64,000 bases of DNA from NCBI GenBank assembly GCA_032161105.1, contig JAVHTD010000006.1. One strand, 5' to 3'. This document shows, one piece after another, positions 1 to 11,500 of the stretch; within the stretch, counting starts at the first letter, position 1, and each line of letters begins with the position of its first letter. The position numbers and the translations under genes are program-made. Source of the DNA: Candidatus Thermosaccharophagus tengchongensis. GTDB taxonomy: Bacteria; Armatimonadota; Fervidibacteria; Fervidibacterales; Thermosaccharophagaceae. The notes below the pieces were generated by a model. The model did not search any database. It was not told the DNA's origin and saw only the letters and a list, made by a program, of their open reading frames with translations.

Positions 1-257
1 AGCCTATAGCCATGCGATTGTGAGAGCCTCAGCATCACATGCATCATTGCGACAGAATCTGCGCCGCCGGAAACCGCAAGCACAACGCCATCGCCATCGT
101 TTAACATGTTAAATCGCCTTATGGCGAGCAACGCCTTCGCAACCACCGCCATTGGAGCTGGAATGTAATCCCATTCATTCAACCCCTCAACAACGGCGTT
201 GGGCATATCACGAACGCTCAAAGGCTCTTTCAACATTCCCTTCATGCAGCCGCTCAT
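1..257 (-). CDS. tilS: tRNA(Ile)-lysidine synthase, N-terminal part (runs off the window start)
   Basis: Manual translation from ATG 257 (SD AGGTGA): ...AIRRFNMLNDGDGVVLAVSGGADSVAMMHVM, the PP-loop SGGxDS motif in its TilS context. Confidence 0.85.
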   Translation of the reverse strand, partial: MSGCMKGMLKEPLSVRDMPNAVVEGLNEWDYIPAPMAVVAKALLAIRRFNMLNDGDGVVLAVSGGADSVAMMHVMLRLSQSHGYR

Positions 258-386
258 ATGCCTTCACCTGCCATTGCCGATTCCGTCTCAAGACCAAGTG
301 AAGCATTTATGGGAGCGGACATAAAGCCATCAGGGCACAGCTTAGCACCGCCGGATTCGCAAGTGGCTTGATAGGTGTCCATGCAT

Positions 387-1250
387 TCAACGGCGCGATT
401 GAGCTTGCGGGAATAACCTGCTATGGCGCTCCCTCAATTCAAGCACATGCGCATAGGGCACAGTGATGCCACCGAGCTTGACCAATGCGCTCCCCTCATC
501 GTGGAAGTCGCTCCCGCCAGTTATAACCAAACCAGCTTCCCTTGCCATCCTGACGAGCCGCTCACTTTCCGCCTTTGAAATGCGCGGGTGAAATGCTTCA
601 ACCCCATCAACACCGCATTTTACGACTTCCCACACCAACTCCAAATTGCCAAAGTCACATGGATGAGCCACAACCGCCAGACCGTTTGCACGGTGAATTA
701 GCTCCACAGCATCGGCGCAACTGACCCTCTCCCTCGGAACATAAGCTGGAGCACCTTCCCTCAAATACCGCCTAAAGGCGTCAATGTAATCTTCGGCGTA
801 GCCCAATTGGGCGAGCGCCCTCGCAACATGCCGGCGACAAACTGTCTCACTGCGGGCTTGTGAGAGGACATCCTCAACCGTTATTCTGATGCCAAGCTGA
901 TTGAGCTTTGCCACTATCTTGAACAATCGTTTCATGCGCTGCCTGCGCATCTCAACCAGAGCCTCAGTCAAGTCATTTGAAGTGTGGTCAATCAAATAGC
1001 CAAGCACATGCACCTCAATGCCATCATACTCGGATGTGATTTCAACACCGGGAATGACCTCCACATCATACCTGCCGCTGGATGAAAGCTCAAGCGCTTC
1101 TGGGATGCCATCAACTGAGTCATGGTCGGTTACGGCTATCGCCCTTAACTTGCGCTCATGAGCCATCCGAAACAGCGCTTCAATGCTGTGTGAGCCATCG
1201 GAGTGAAATGAGTGAATGTGCAAATCCGCGCGCTCATCTTCGCCAATCAT
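387..1250 (-). CDS. PHP-domain phosphoesterase (TrpH/YciV-like)
   Basis: DLHIHS..SDG, AVTDHD, GVEIT, AHP and GGSDFH motifs. Confidence 0.9.
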   Translation of the reverse strand: MIGEDERADLHIHSFHSDGSHSIEALFRMAHERKLRAIAVTDHDSVDGIPEALELSSSGRYDVEVIPGVEITSEYDGIEVHVLGYLIDHTSNDLTEALVEMRRQRMKRLFKIVAKLNQLGIRITVEDVLSQARSETVCRRHVARALAQLGYAEDYIDAFRRYLREGAPAYVPRERVSCADAVELIHRANGLAVVAHPCDFGNLELVWEVVKCGVDGVEAFHPRISKAESERLVRMAREAGLVITGGSDFHDEGSALVKLGGITVPYAHVLELRERHSRLFPQAQSRR

Positions 1251-1280
1251 GTTCGTGCTCCCAGTCCTCAGATAAGTGGG

Positions 1281-3425
1281 TTATGCCTCCGTGAGCAATA
1301 TGCGAGCGTCAAGGACTGTTGCTCCCTCTCCCCTCTGAAAGACCATAAGCGGGTTGACATCAAGTTCCTCAATCTCATCACAATCAAGCGCCAGCTGCGA
1401 AAGCCTGCAAATGCACTCAACTATTGCATCTATGTCCGATGGCGGTTGACCCCTGTAGCCTTCAAGTATCGCTGCTGAACGGACACTTCTTATCATCCTG
1501 AGCGCATCCAACTCCATCACTGGGGCAATCCTGAATGTCACATCCTTGAGCACCTCAACATAAACACCGCCGAGACCGAACATGAGCAGCGGTCCAAAGA
1601 GAGGGTCTCTCTTCATGCCGATGATCGTCTCAACACCCCTTTTCGCCATCCTTTGTATCAACACGCCATCAATGCGCGCCTCGGGGCACCTCTCACTAAC
1701 TTGCTGCATCATCCTTTCAAACGCCTCAGCTACTGAGCTCTCGTCGCTCAGGTTTAAGATGACTCCGCCAACATCAAACTTGTGCACGATGTCGGCGGAG
1801 AGTATTTTCATCGCCACAGGGAAACCGATATCGCAAGCCACTTTGGCAGCTTCCTCTGGTGCGCTCGCAACGCCCCAGCGCATCACGGGAAAACCATACG
1901 CCTCAAGTATGCTCAGAGCCTCATCCTCTCGCACAAACCTTCTTCCGGCACCTCTAACGGCTCGTATTATTTCCCTGACACGCCCAATATCAACATCGGT
2001 GAATGGCTTCGCCTCTGCCCTCGGGCGCGTGATCCACTTGACGAATTTATACATTGCGCTGAGCGCCCTTATGGCTTGCTCCGGAAAGCTGTAATGCGGT
2101 ATCCCATTCTCATTGAGCACTTTTACACCGGGCGAAACATCATACCAACCCATGAATGTCGCCACAATTGGCTTTCCATCCGACTTTGAAATGCGAACTA
2201 TCGCCTTAGCCACCTCTTCAACATCCGTCATCGCCTGCGGCGTTAGCAGGACGGAAATCATGTCCACATTTGGATCCCTCATCACCATGCTCAGAGCAAA
2301 TTCGTAGCGGTCGTGTTGCGCATCCCCGATCAGGTCAATCGGGTTGCGAACAGAAGCTGCCGGCGGAAGATATTCCTTAAGCCTTTTTCTCGTTGTCTCC
2401 GTCAGGTTGGCAAGCTCAAGCCCATAGCGCATGCATGCATCTGCAGCCATTATAGCCGGACCGCCGGCATTCGTAACTATTGCCAGCCTCGGTCCGTTCG
2501 GGAGCGGCTGGTTGACGAACGCTTCAGCATAGTCAAATAGCTCCTCGACTGAATCAACCCTCAGAACGCCAGCCTGAGCGAGTATAGCCTCGTAGACCTC
2601 GTCACTCCCAGATAAAGCGCCAGTGTGGGATGTTGCAGCTCTTGCACCAGCTGGTGTCCTGCCAGCTTTAATTGCCAGTATCGGCTTCGGCTGCGGCAGC
2701 TCACTTGTTATTGTGCTCGCAACTTCAATGAACCTACGCCCACTCGTGAGCTCTTCAAGATACATCAGGATGACACCCGTCTGCGGGTCTTCGGCGAGCG
2801 CCACAAGTATATCGGACTCATCAACATCAGCTTTGTTGCCCATGCTCACCACCTTTGAGAAGCCGATGCCCTGCCCACGAGCATAGTCAAGCACGGCTGT
2901 GCAAAGAGCACCACTTTGAGAGACGAATGCGATGCGCCCAGCTTGAGGCATCCTGCTGGCGAAGCTCGCATTCATTGATACGGCTGGGTCGGTATTTATC
3001 ACGCCCAAGCAGTTTGGCCCGACAAGTGCAATGCCGTAATGGTCGGCAATCTCTTTAAGCCGCTTCTCGCGCTCAATTCCCTCGCCACCTATCTCCTTGA
3101 AGCCCGCCGAGATTACGATGGCGCCCTTAACTCCCTTTCGCCCACACTCATCCAACACCTGCGGGACTATTGGCGCTGGCACAACTATGACAGCCAAGTC
3201 AACATCACCCGGCACTTCCGTGATGCTCGGGTAAGCCTTCACGCTGAGTATGGAGTCAGCCCTCGGGTTAACCGGGTAAAGCACGCCGCGATATCCACCC
3301 ATCAGGATGTTCCGAAAGACAGATTGACCAACGCTGCTTGGATCTCTTGAAGCGCCTATGACAGCAATTGAGCGAGGACAAAATATCGCCCTCAAATCCT
3401 TCCTCGGCTTAAGAGCGCCAATCAT
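1281..3425 (-). CDS. ADP-forming acetate/acyl-CoA synthetase, fused alpha+beta subunits
   Basis: CoA-binding IAVIGAS, GPNCLG, phospho-His motif SHTGAL, C-terminal ATP-grasp (HKFDVGGV, ELDVNPL); no GNAT domain. Confidence 0.9.
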   Translation of the reverse strand: MIGALKPRKDLRAIFCPRSIAVIGASRDPSSVGQSVFRNILMGGYRGVLYPVNPRADSILSVKAYPSITEVPGDVDLAVIVVPAPIVPQVLDECGRKGVKGAIVISAGFKEIGGEGIEREKRLKEIADHYGIALVGPNCLGVINTDPAVSMNASFASRMPQAGRIAFVSQSGALCTAVLDYARGQGIGFSKVVSMGNKADVDESDILVALAEDPQTGVILMYLEELTSGRRFIEVASTITSELPQPKPILAIKAGRTPAGARAATSHTGALSGSDEVYEAILAQAGVLRVDSVEELFDYAEAFVNQPLPNGPRLAIVTNAGGPAIMAADACMRYGLELANLTETTRKRLKEYLPPAASVRNPIDLIGDAQHDRYEFALSMVMRDPNVDMISVLLTPQAMTDVEEVAKAIVRISKSDGKPIVATFMGWYDVSPGVKVLNENGIPHYSFPEQAIRALSAMYKFVKWITRPRAEAKPFTDVDIGRVREIIRAVRGAGRRFVREDEALSILEAYGFPVMRWGVASAPEEAAKVACDIGFPVAMKILSADIVHKFDVGGVILNLSDESSVAEAFERMMQQVSERCPEARIDGVLIQRMAKRGVETIIGMKRDPLFGPLLMFGLGGVYVEVLKDVTFRIAPVMELDALRMIRSVRSAAILEGYRGQPPSDIDAIVECICRLSQLALDCDEIEELDVNPLMVFQRGEGATVLDARILLTEA

Positions 3426-3548
3426 TCAGGTTACACCTCCGCCTATGCATTTCGGCACACATGGCAATCACTATGCCGATTTGAAAGTTAAGTCCACAAC
3501 GCACATGTTGAAGCGCATCGTGTTGACGAACCGTTAACAACGGTCGCA

Positions 3549-6164
3549 TTAAATTGGAGAGCGCTGTCGCATGCGCCAGCGTATTGTATCCAACCCAACT
3601 GCGAGGAGTATCAAAGCACCCTCAATTGCGTTCTCCCAATATGACGAGACATGCAAAAACACAAGTGCGCTTGCGATCGTTCCGAGCAGGACAATGGCTA
3701 ACGCGCTCCCGATGACGCTTCCGCTGCCACCAAAAATATTTGTGCCACCAATGACGGCGCTCGCAATGGCAAACAGCTCAAGCCCAATGCCGGCATTTGA
3801 TTGTATCGCTGTAAACCTCGTCGCGTAGAAGAATGCCCCAAAGCCAGTTAGCGCGCCGCAGATGATGAAGCTCATACACCTTACAAGTGAGACATTGATG
3901 CCAGCGAGCCTTGAACCCTCAGCGTTACTCCCGACTGCATAGATTGCCCTCCCAAAGGGAGTGTGAGAGAGCGCAATTGACCCTAAGGCTACAGATAGTA
4001 AGGCGACATAAACCGGGATGGGCAAGTGAAGTAGCCTCACCTGATAGGGTGAATTAAACCATGCCGGCAAATCAAGCACCCAATAACCCCCGGTTGCCCA
4101 AAGCAAGCCGCCACGAATTATGCTCATCATTCCGAGTGTGACTATAACTGGCGGTATTGACAGACCAACGCTTAAAGCCCCGTTAATGAGCCCGCAGAGG
4201 GCGCCCACAACCGTTGAAATGAGAAGTGTGATGCAAAGACCGACGCCGGCTTTTGAGAGCAGCCCACATATGATGGCACACAGGGCAAGCAATGCGCCGA
4301 CTGACAAATCAATGCCGCCAGAGATGATCACAAAAGTCATTCCAATGGCTACAAGCATGCTGTATGCATAGTTGGTCAAGATGTCGCTCATGTTTGATGG
4401 CGAAAGGAAATCCGGGCGCTTGATTGCGGTCGCAACAGAAACGGCTATAAGGAAGAGCAGGAGCATTTGCTCCCTTTTGCCGAGTGACGATAGGCGCAAT
4501 AACAGGCTCGCAATCGTGCGCCACAGGCTTGCCCCAATGCGGATTGGAGCGCTCAACGCACCGATGTCGCTGTGAGCCATACTACCGCCCGCCGCGCCGG
4601 ATGCGGCATGCTGCGATGTGACTTCACCGCCGGTGGCGACTCCGACGGCGAATGAAAGCACCCTCTCCTGAGTTGCCTCATTGTGCTTCAGCTCCGCTAC
4701 AAGCTCACCGTCACGCATCACAAGGACTCTATCGCTCATGGCGAGCAGCTCGGGCATGTCCGACGAAATGAGCAGTATGCCCATCCCGGATTTGGCGAGT
4801 TCACCAATGAGCCTGTGTATCTCCGCCTTCGCCCCAACATCAATGCCCCTTGTCGGCTCATCCAGTATGAGCAACTTCGGGCGACACAAAAGCCACTTTC
4901 CGAGCACCACCTTCTGTTGATTGCCACCGGAAAGGAATTTGACTTTCCTACCAATGTCTGGTGGGTGGATGCGGAGCTTGCTCACCATCTCTTGTGAGAG
5001 CTCATGCTCAACACGCGCCCTCGCCACGCCCATGCTCGCAATCTGGCGCAGAATGGCGAGGGTCATATTTTCACGCACGCTCATCTGCGTGACCAAGCCC
5101 TGCTTGAACCTATCCTCGGGAACATAAACAATCCCAAGCTCCATAGCATGAGCTGGACCACGCACACGCACCCTTTTGCCGCACCAAATTACCTCCCCAT
5201 CGTCAATCGGCAATATTCCAAACAGAGCCTGCGCAAGCGAACTTCTACCCGAACCCACCAAACCGGCTACACCAACGACCTCCCCCGAACGCACCTCAAA
5301 TGAGACACCATGAAATCGCCCCTTTGACTTTAGCCCCTTCACTTCAAGGAGCGTCTCGCCAATCTTGCCCGATGCCTTCTCGTAGTATTGGTCAACTGGA
5401 CGCCCAACCATGAGCTGAATGAGCTTCTCCCTCGTCACATCGGCTGCGTTGAATGTCCCCACTCGCTTGCCATCACGGAGGACTGTGACTCTGTCGGCAA
5501 GCTTGAAGACCTCATCAATGCGATGCGAGATGTATATGATGCCGACACCCATTCCCCTCAATCTCATGACGACATCAAACAAGCGCTCTATCTCGGCTTC
5601 CGAGAGGGATGATGTCGGCTCGTCCATGATTAGCAACCTTGCGCTCCTTGAAAGGGCTTTAACTATCTCAACCAGTTGGCGCTGCGCTTGCGACAGCTCC
5701 GATACGGGTGCATCAAGCGGCAATGAGATGCCCAACTCCAACAGGAGCTGTTGAACCCTTCTTCTCGCTTCTCTCCAAGAGATGAAAAGCAACCTTCGCG
5801 GGAGCTTCCCGAGGAGGATGTTTTCAATTGCGCTCAAGTCACCGCACAACATCGGCTCCTGATAAATCACGGCTATGCCGAGCGAGATGGCATCACCGGG
5901 GCTGCGCAAGTGCACGCTTTTCCCTTCCCATGTGATAGTGCCGCCATCAGGTTGATACACCCCGGCAACGATTTTTATGAGTGTGCTCTTTCCGGCACCA
6001 TTCTCGCCAACTATTGCGTGAACCTCACCCGTGTAGACATCCAAACTCACGCCATCAAGGGCTACGACGCCGGGGAACTCCTTGCGAATTTCGCGGAGCG
6101 AAAGGAGTGGCTCTCTTCCGTTGCCCAAAATGGCACCACTTGTAACACCTTGCATTTGCATCAC
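3549..6164 (-). CDS. Sugar (CUT2) ABC transporter: tandem ATPase fused to permease
   Basis: GENGAGKST, DEPTS, LSGGNQQK and DEPTRGIDVGAK, followed by RbsC-like TM domain (GGIDLSVG, GRAIYAVGSN, VIGGT..GGSG). Confidence 0.9.
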   Translation of the reverse strand: MMQMQGVTSGAILGNGREPLLSLREIRKEFPGVVALDGVSLDVYTGEVHAIVGENGAGKSTLIKIVAGVYQPDGGTITWEGKSVHLRSPGDAISLGIAVIYQEPMLCGDLSAIENILLGKLPRRLLFISWREARRRVQQLLLELGISLPLDAPVSELSQAQRQLVEIVKALSRSARLLIMDEPTSSLSEAEIERLFDVVMRLRGMGVGIIYISHRIDEVFKLADRVTVLRDGKRVGTFNAADVTREKLIQLMVGRPVDQYYEKASGKIGETLLEVKGLKSKGRFHGVSFEVRSGEVVGVAGLVGSGRSSLAQALFGILPIDDGEVIWCGKRVRVRGPAHAMELGIVYVPEDRFKQGLVTQMSVRENMTLAILRQIASMGVARARVEHELSQEMVSKLRIHPPDIGRKVKFLSGGNQQKVVLGKWLLCRPKLLILDEPTRGIDVGAKAEIHRLIGELAKSGMGILLISSDMPELLAMSDRVLVMRDGELVAELKHNEATQERVLSFAVGVATGGEVTSQHAASGAAGGSMAHSDIGALSAPIRIGASLWRTIASLLLRLSSLGKREQMLLLFLIAVSVATAIKRPDFLSPSNMSDILTNYAYSMLVAIGMTFVIISGGIDLSVGALLALCAIICGLLSKAGVGLCITLLISTVVGALCGLINGALSVGLSIPPVIVTLGMMSIIRGGLLWATGGYWVLDLPAWFNSPYQVRLLHLPIPVYVALLSVALGSIALSHTPFGRAIYAVGSNAEGSRLAGINVSLVRCMSFIICGALTGFGAFFYATRFTAIQSNAGIGLELFAIASAVIGGTNIFGGSGSVIGSALAIVLLGTIASALVFLHVSSYWENAIEGALILLAVGLDTIRWRMRQRSPI

Positions 6165-6233
6165 CGGTTAAAGTGGCGTTAAAGCGAGATCAGTTTGCGG
6201 CAGGGTTGCCCGAAGGTAAGATCGCCATGCATG

Positions 6234-7277
6234 TTAACTCATTAACTCAACGACTCTGCCAGTCATAGCGCTCTCGTAAACTGCCTCGGCAATGCGCAAC
6301 GACCAATAGCCATCCCAAAGGTCCGGACCGCCGTGAGCCTCCCCGAGGCAACGCTTGACAAAATGCTCAACCTCTTTGAGGTATCCGAATGCTCTCCTGC
6401 TATCACCGATGCCAGTCCATGTCGGTGAGAAGGAGTAAAGGTATCTTCCGGCATGCGGCGCCGCATCGGTGAAATCGTCACGCCTCTGCCAATACAGCCT
6501 GAGCATGTCCTCACAGATAAGGTGAGTCTCATATCCGATGAGTTCAAGCACCTCACAGATGTCCCTAAAGCCCTGCCTGCAATCCAAGCTGCTGAGATAA
6601 AGCTGTCCCAAAGCACCGGAGGCAAACTCAAGGTTGACAAGAAAGGCAAACTGAGTTTCGGTCACTTCACGATACAGCGCATGCACCCATTTAACTTCGC
6701 CGCCAAAGTAGCGCACCAAATCAAAGATGTGGCACAGCTGCCCAATGAGCATCGCTTTACACGGCGGCTCAATACCCCAAATGCTTGGGTAAGGACCTTG
6801 AGAGAATTTGCACCTTATGATGTGCAGCTGCCCGAACTCATCCCGGCTCACGATCTCCTTAGCCATCATGTAGACATCGGCGAAGCGTTTCATGAAGCCA
6901 ATCTGACCAAATGTGCCGTGAGCATCCGCAAGCTCAGCTAACTCCTTTGCCTGCTGTGCTGTAACCGCCGATGGCTTCTCAACATACACTGGAATGCCCT
7001 TGCTCAATGCCTTCGGAGCAAGCTCATAATGCATCGGTGCCGGTCCGATGATGAAGACGCCGTCAAGCTCCTCGCTGTCAAGCATCTCATCCATGTTCAC
7101 ATAGTGGCGTTTTGCGCCGAACTTGCGTGCGGCATTCATCGCCCTCTCAACAGCGATGTCGCATACCGCCACCAAATCGGCGCTCGGAATGAAGGCGAAG
7201 TTTGGAAGTATAGAGCGAGATGAAAAGTTCCCACACCCAACAACAGCTACCCTCGCTCGCCTCACCGAATCACTCAT
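6234..7277 (-). CDS. Gfo/Idh/MocA oxidoreductase
   Basis: VVGCG Rossmann motif, YVEKP, GFMKRF. Confidence 0.9.
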   Translation of the reverse strand: MSDSVRRARVAVVGCGNFSSRSILPNFAFIPSADLVAVCDIAVERAMNAARKFGAKRHYVNMDEMLDSEELDGVFIIGPAPMHYELAPKALSKGIPVYVEKPSAVTAQQAKELAELADAHGTFGQIGFMKRFADVYMMAKEIVSRDEFGQLHIIRCKFSQGPYPSIWGIEPPCKAMLIGQLCHIFDLVRYFGGEVKWVHALYREVTETQFAFLVNLEFASGALGQLYLSSLDCRQGFRDICEVLELIGYETHLICEDMLRLYWQRRDDFTDAAPHAGRYLYSFSPTWTGIGDSRRAFGYLKEVEHFVKRCLGEAHGGPDLWDGYWSLRIAEAVYESAMTGRVVELMS

Positions 7278-8517
7278 CACGCTTCACCCCCAAGATGCCC
7301 CTTGCAACGAGCATCTCACAGACGTGATCAAGCAGGCGGTGAGCCACTTCAAGCTTGCTCATCATCGGCAAGTCCTCACGCTTGCCATCTGCCCTGATTA
7401 TGGTGACGATGTTCGTGTCAACTCCAAAGCCCGCCCCTTGCCTCGTTATGTCATTCGCCACGATCATATCCAAGCCCTTGCGGTGCATCTTCTCAATCGC
7501 CCCGGAAATCGGCTCACCGTATTCGGCAGCGAAGCCGACAAGGAGCAAATCCTTATAGCGCTCTCTAATTGCCGCCATTATGTCGGGCGTTGGCTCAAGC
7601 TCTATCACCAACCTATCGTGCTCAATTCGCCTGAGCTTGCCTTCGGCAGCTTTGACCGGTCTGAAGTCGCAAGGTGCTCCGGCACCGATGACGACATCGC
7701 AGCGTTCTCTTGAAAGCTCTTCAAGCATGGCTTCAAGCATGCGCTCAGTTGTGTCAACGCTTATGACCTTAGCGCCGCTTGGCGGATTGACATCAATGTG
7801 ACCGCACACAAGCACAACTTCAGCGCCACGCTCAATCGCAGCACTGGCTATGGCACAGCCCATCTTGCCAGTTGATGGGTTGGATAGGAATCTGACCGCA
7901 TCAATCGGCTCCCTCGTCGCACCAGCAGTGACAATCATCCTCACACCATCAAGGTCTCTCTTGGGCGGCTTGATGGCTCTCTCAATCGCCTCAATGATGC
8001 GCTCAATGGGTGCCAACCTGCCCCTCCCAAGCCTTCCGGAGGCAAGCCAACCGACATCTGGCTCCACAATGATGACGCCCCTGCTTCTCAAAATGCTCAA
8101 GTTGGCTTGCGTTGCCTGATGCTCATACATGTCCGCATCCATTGCCGGCGCCACAACGATTGGGCAGCGAACGGCAAGCAATGTCGTGCTGAGCAAATCA
8201 TCGGCGATGCCGTGTGCCATCTTGGCGATGATGTTGGCTGTAGCCGGTGCGACAACTGCCACATCGGCGCCCTTGGCGAGCTCAATGTGAGCCAATGGCG
8301 GCTCACTCGGGTTCTCAAACGGGTCAATGAAGACGGGGTTCCCAGAGAGAGTCGCAAATGTGAGCGGCGTTACAAGCGCTGCACCATGCCTTGTCATAAC
8401 GACATGAACTGAAGCGCCACGCTGGCGCAGGTGCGAGACGAGCTGTGCAGCCTTAAAGGCTGCAATGCTGCCCGTGACTCCGACAAGTATTCGCCTCCCA
8501 TTGAGCACATCGCTCAA
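7270..8517 (-). CDS. coaBC: Phosphopantothenoylcysteine decarboxylase/ligase
   Basis: GVTGSIAAFK, APATAN, TAGATREPIDAVRFLSNPSTGKMG, VGFAAE. Confidence 0.95.
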   Translation of the reverse strand: MSDVLNGRRILVGVTGSIAAFKAAQLVSHLRQRGASVHVVMTRHGAALVTPLTFATLSGNPVFIDPFENPSEPPLAHIELAKGADVAVVAPATANIIAKMAHGIADDLLSTTLLAVRCPIVVAPAMDADMYEHQATQANLSILRSRGVIIVEPDVGWLASGRLGRGRLAPIERIIEAIERAIKPPKRDLDGVRMIVTAGATREPIDAVRFLSNPSTGKMGCAIASAAIERGAEVVLVCGHIDVNPPSGAKVISVDTTERMLEAMLEELSRERCDVVIGAGAPCDFRPVKAAEGKLRRIEHDRLVIELEPTPDIMAAIRERYKDLLLVGFAAEYGEPISGAIEKMHRKGLDMIVANDITRQGAGFGVDTNIVTIIRADGKREDLPMMSKLEVAHRLLDHVCEMLVARGILGVKRDE

Positions 8518-8552
8518 GATCCATCGCCTCCAAATTCAACATCACACAGGGT

Positions 8553-11500
8553 TCACTTTTCTCCTTTCACATACGGATAACGAAACACGGCTGAGTTTCC
8601 GGCAGCATCAAACACGCGCACTTCAAGCACGCCCTCACCGGAGGGCAACCTATCAACCGGCACTATGAGTTCCTCATCGCGTGAGTCAAAGCTGCCGTCA
8701 GCGCTCATCAGCGGATACCACCTATCGCCGAGTTTGAATTCCGCCCTTGCCACCCATGTGGTTTCATCGCGGACGAATATGCGATGCAGCAGTGAAACTG
8801 CTACAGTGCTTCCTTCCGGCTTCGGCGAAATGGCAATTGGCGGCGTATTGTCAACGATGAAGCTCGGCGAGATGGTCTCCGTGAGAATCGGGTTGAGCGG
8901 ATTGCTCAGTGCATCCGAGGCGACAATTTTTAGGATGTATTTCCCATCGGGGAATTGCGTTGTGTCCCATTCAAACTTCTCCTGCTGCCAACTTTGCTCC
9001 GGCGCAGCACCCTCGGATGTAACCTGCTCGACCAACTCCTCGGAGATTTCCGGCATCGGTGGCGTTTCAACAGTTATGCCAGTCTCACCCTTCTGCGGTG
9101 CTGGCTGCCCCTTGTCCTTCTGAGTTGCCGTTTCATTGGCACCTTTGCCATCCGGTTTCTTTTCCTCCTTAGGCTTGACCTCTTTGATGCGCCGCCAAGT
9201 CTTGCCGCCATCATTTGAGCAGTAAAGCTCAAACTCAAGCTCATCCTGATTGGCATCGTATGCCTTCCACTCAACCGTCACAGTTTTTGAGAGCACAGCA
9301 CCGGGAGACGGCGCAACGAATTGAACGGTTGGGGCGACATTAACCGGCGTGAACGAGACCATAGCCCCATAAAGCCTTGGCGGGTTGTTCGTGGCATTGC
9401 CATCGCATTTGATCCTAATGCGCCATTGCAGCGCCCTTGCAGAGGGCGACCTGATTACAAAGCCATCGCCAGACAAGTCGGCATTCTCCCAATCACTCCA
9501 TGTTTCATCCGGTGCCTCACTGTTGCCCGAGCGCGTTTCAACCGTTACCTCAGCATTGCCTGCGATGTCCGCAGTGCACTTGAGCAAACGCCAGTCGGCA
9601 ACGCATGGGAGCATGAACACAGGTGAAGTGTATTCGCCAATGCTTGCCTTAGCCAACTCAACAATCCTGCCGCTGATTGACATGACGCCGATCAAGCCGT
9701 TGGCTCCCTTGACAAGCCGGGTTACAAACTCATTGCTCAACTTGAGCGCCTGTCCATATACGCCGTCAGCGTCAATCAAGTAAATGGCATGCGGCATAAT
9801 GCCGCTCACAATGAGAGCGCCATCCGATGAGAGGATGATGTCGGCAATGTGCCTTGACGGCGTATCATATAGCAGCTTGCTTTCCCCATCGTCGGAGAGG
9901 CGAAATACCTCCCCATGTGGCGTTGTGCCAATGTAAACACGACCATCCGAAGATGCGCAGAGAGCCGATATTGCGCCCCTCTTCGTTTCCCAGACAAGTC
10001 TGTAACTACCATCGGGCGATATGCGCCATAACCTGCCCATCGGGTATGTGCCAGCGTATATTGAGCCATCGCCGCAAACTACAAGCGCCATCACATGCTC
10101 ATCAAGCGCCTCAGTGAGGGGTTTTAAGCGACCATCTTTTGCAACCCGAAACACGCGCCCCGGTAGACCGGTTGCAATTAGCACATCGCCAGATGGCAGG
10201 GAATGCATTTTCCAAATGTGCTTGCAGTTGAGCTTCAGCCAAACCTTCGGCAAAGCCATATCACCGTCGGTGACCTTTACGGAGTAAATTTCGCCATTCG
10301 GCGATGTGCCAATGAGCAGCTCGTCCACAAGCGGGAGCAAAGCTGTAGGTATGCAATTCAAGTTGCCATCTTTGCAGAGGCTGCAAACTCGCTTTGCAGA
10401 GCCATTTGAGATGGCGTAAACAGCACCGCTTTGCCATGAGCACACATACAGAGTCCCGCCCTCCGAAACGGCAGCTTGCCATATGCCACCGTCACCTAAG
10501 TCGGCAATGTCAACCGCCTTCAAGCCGATGCGCACAGAGCCATCGCTTGCCACAAATGCGCCATCGCACCTGCCCCTCATCAAATCCTTCTGCGACTTAA
10601 TTTCAATCCTGCGAGCCTTCAGGGCATCTTTGGGCAAGCGCTGGAAAGTGCCATCATCGCGCCTTCCTTGAGCCCCTTCGCCTTGAGCCCCCTTTGCAGC
10701 CCCCTGTTCACTCTCATCCGCCTCAGGTTCACTTGTCTGCTCACCATCACCCTCATCCTGAAGCGAGAGTCTGCTCGGCTTTCGCATGCGGAGCAACTCA
10801 AACGGCATACCGCTTGAACTGGCTTCACCATCGCCCCACATACCGAACAACCTCCCAACCTGCTCAATGAGTTCCAGTCCCCCTTCAACCTGGCGCACGC
10901 GAGCCCTCTCAAGTTCGGGCGATGGCTGTGGCACTTCCTTTGGGTAATCCGGTTCAATCTTGATGCTTAGCACCTTCATCCCACGCACTACACACCCAAC
11001 ATCAACATGCTCAGAGAGCTCGCCATAGCCGACACGAAGCATGTCGTCGCCGGCTGCGCTCATCACTTCAAGGATGTTAAACGGCATGTTGTTTGCGACC
11101 GTTCCGTTGACACAAGCATCCATGTTGGGCAATTGGAGGCACACGAATAGCTGGTCATTTCTCTCCCTGCTCACCAGCTCCTCAATGAGTTGCGCAAGTG
11201 AATTTGGGCGGCGCTGCAGTATCCCGAGGCGATTGCGCAAGCGCTGTGCATCTGCGCCGCCACAAACGCCTATGCGCACAGTGCACGCATGCTTAACATC
11301 CGGCAGGCGAACTTTGACCTCCTTTTGCTCCCAGCCGGATTGAGCATGTCGCATGTGTATTGTGAGCTTTAGCTCCTCGCCCGGGCGCGCCACACGCTTA
11401 TCACACAAAACGCGCTCAATGAATGCCTCACGCACTCTGCTCGTGTTCTCAAGTCTTACAATGACGCTCTTAACATTTGCCCTCTCAAACCTGTTCTCCT

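Noticed and set aside
1281..3425. Protein lysine acetyltransferase (Pat/YfiQ)
   Set aside because: No GNAT domain, and the catalytic His of the synthetase is retained
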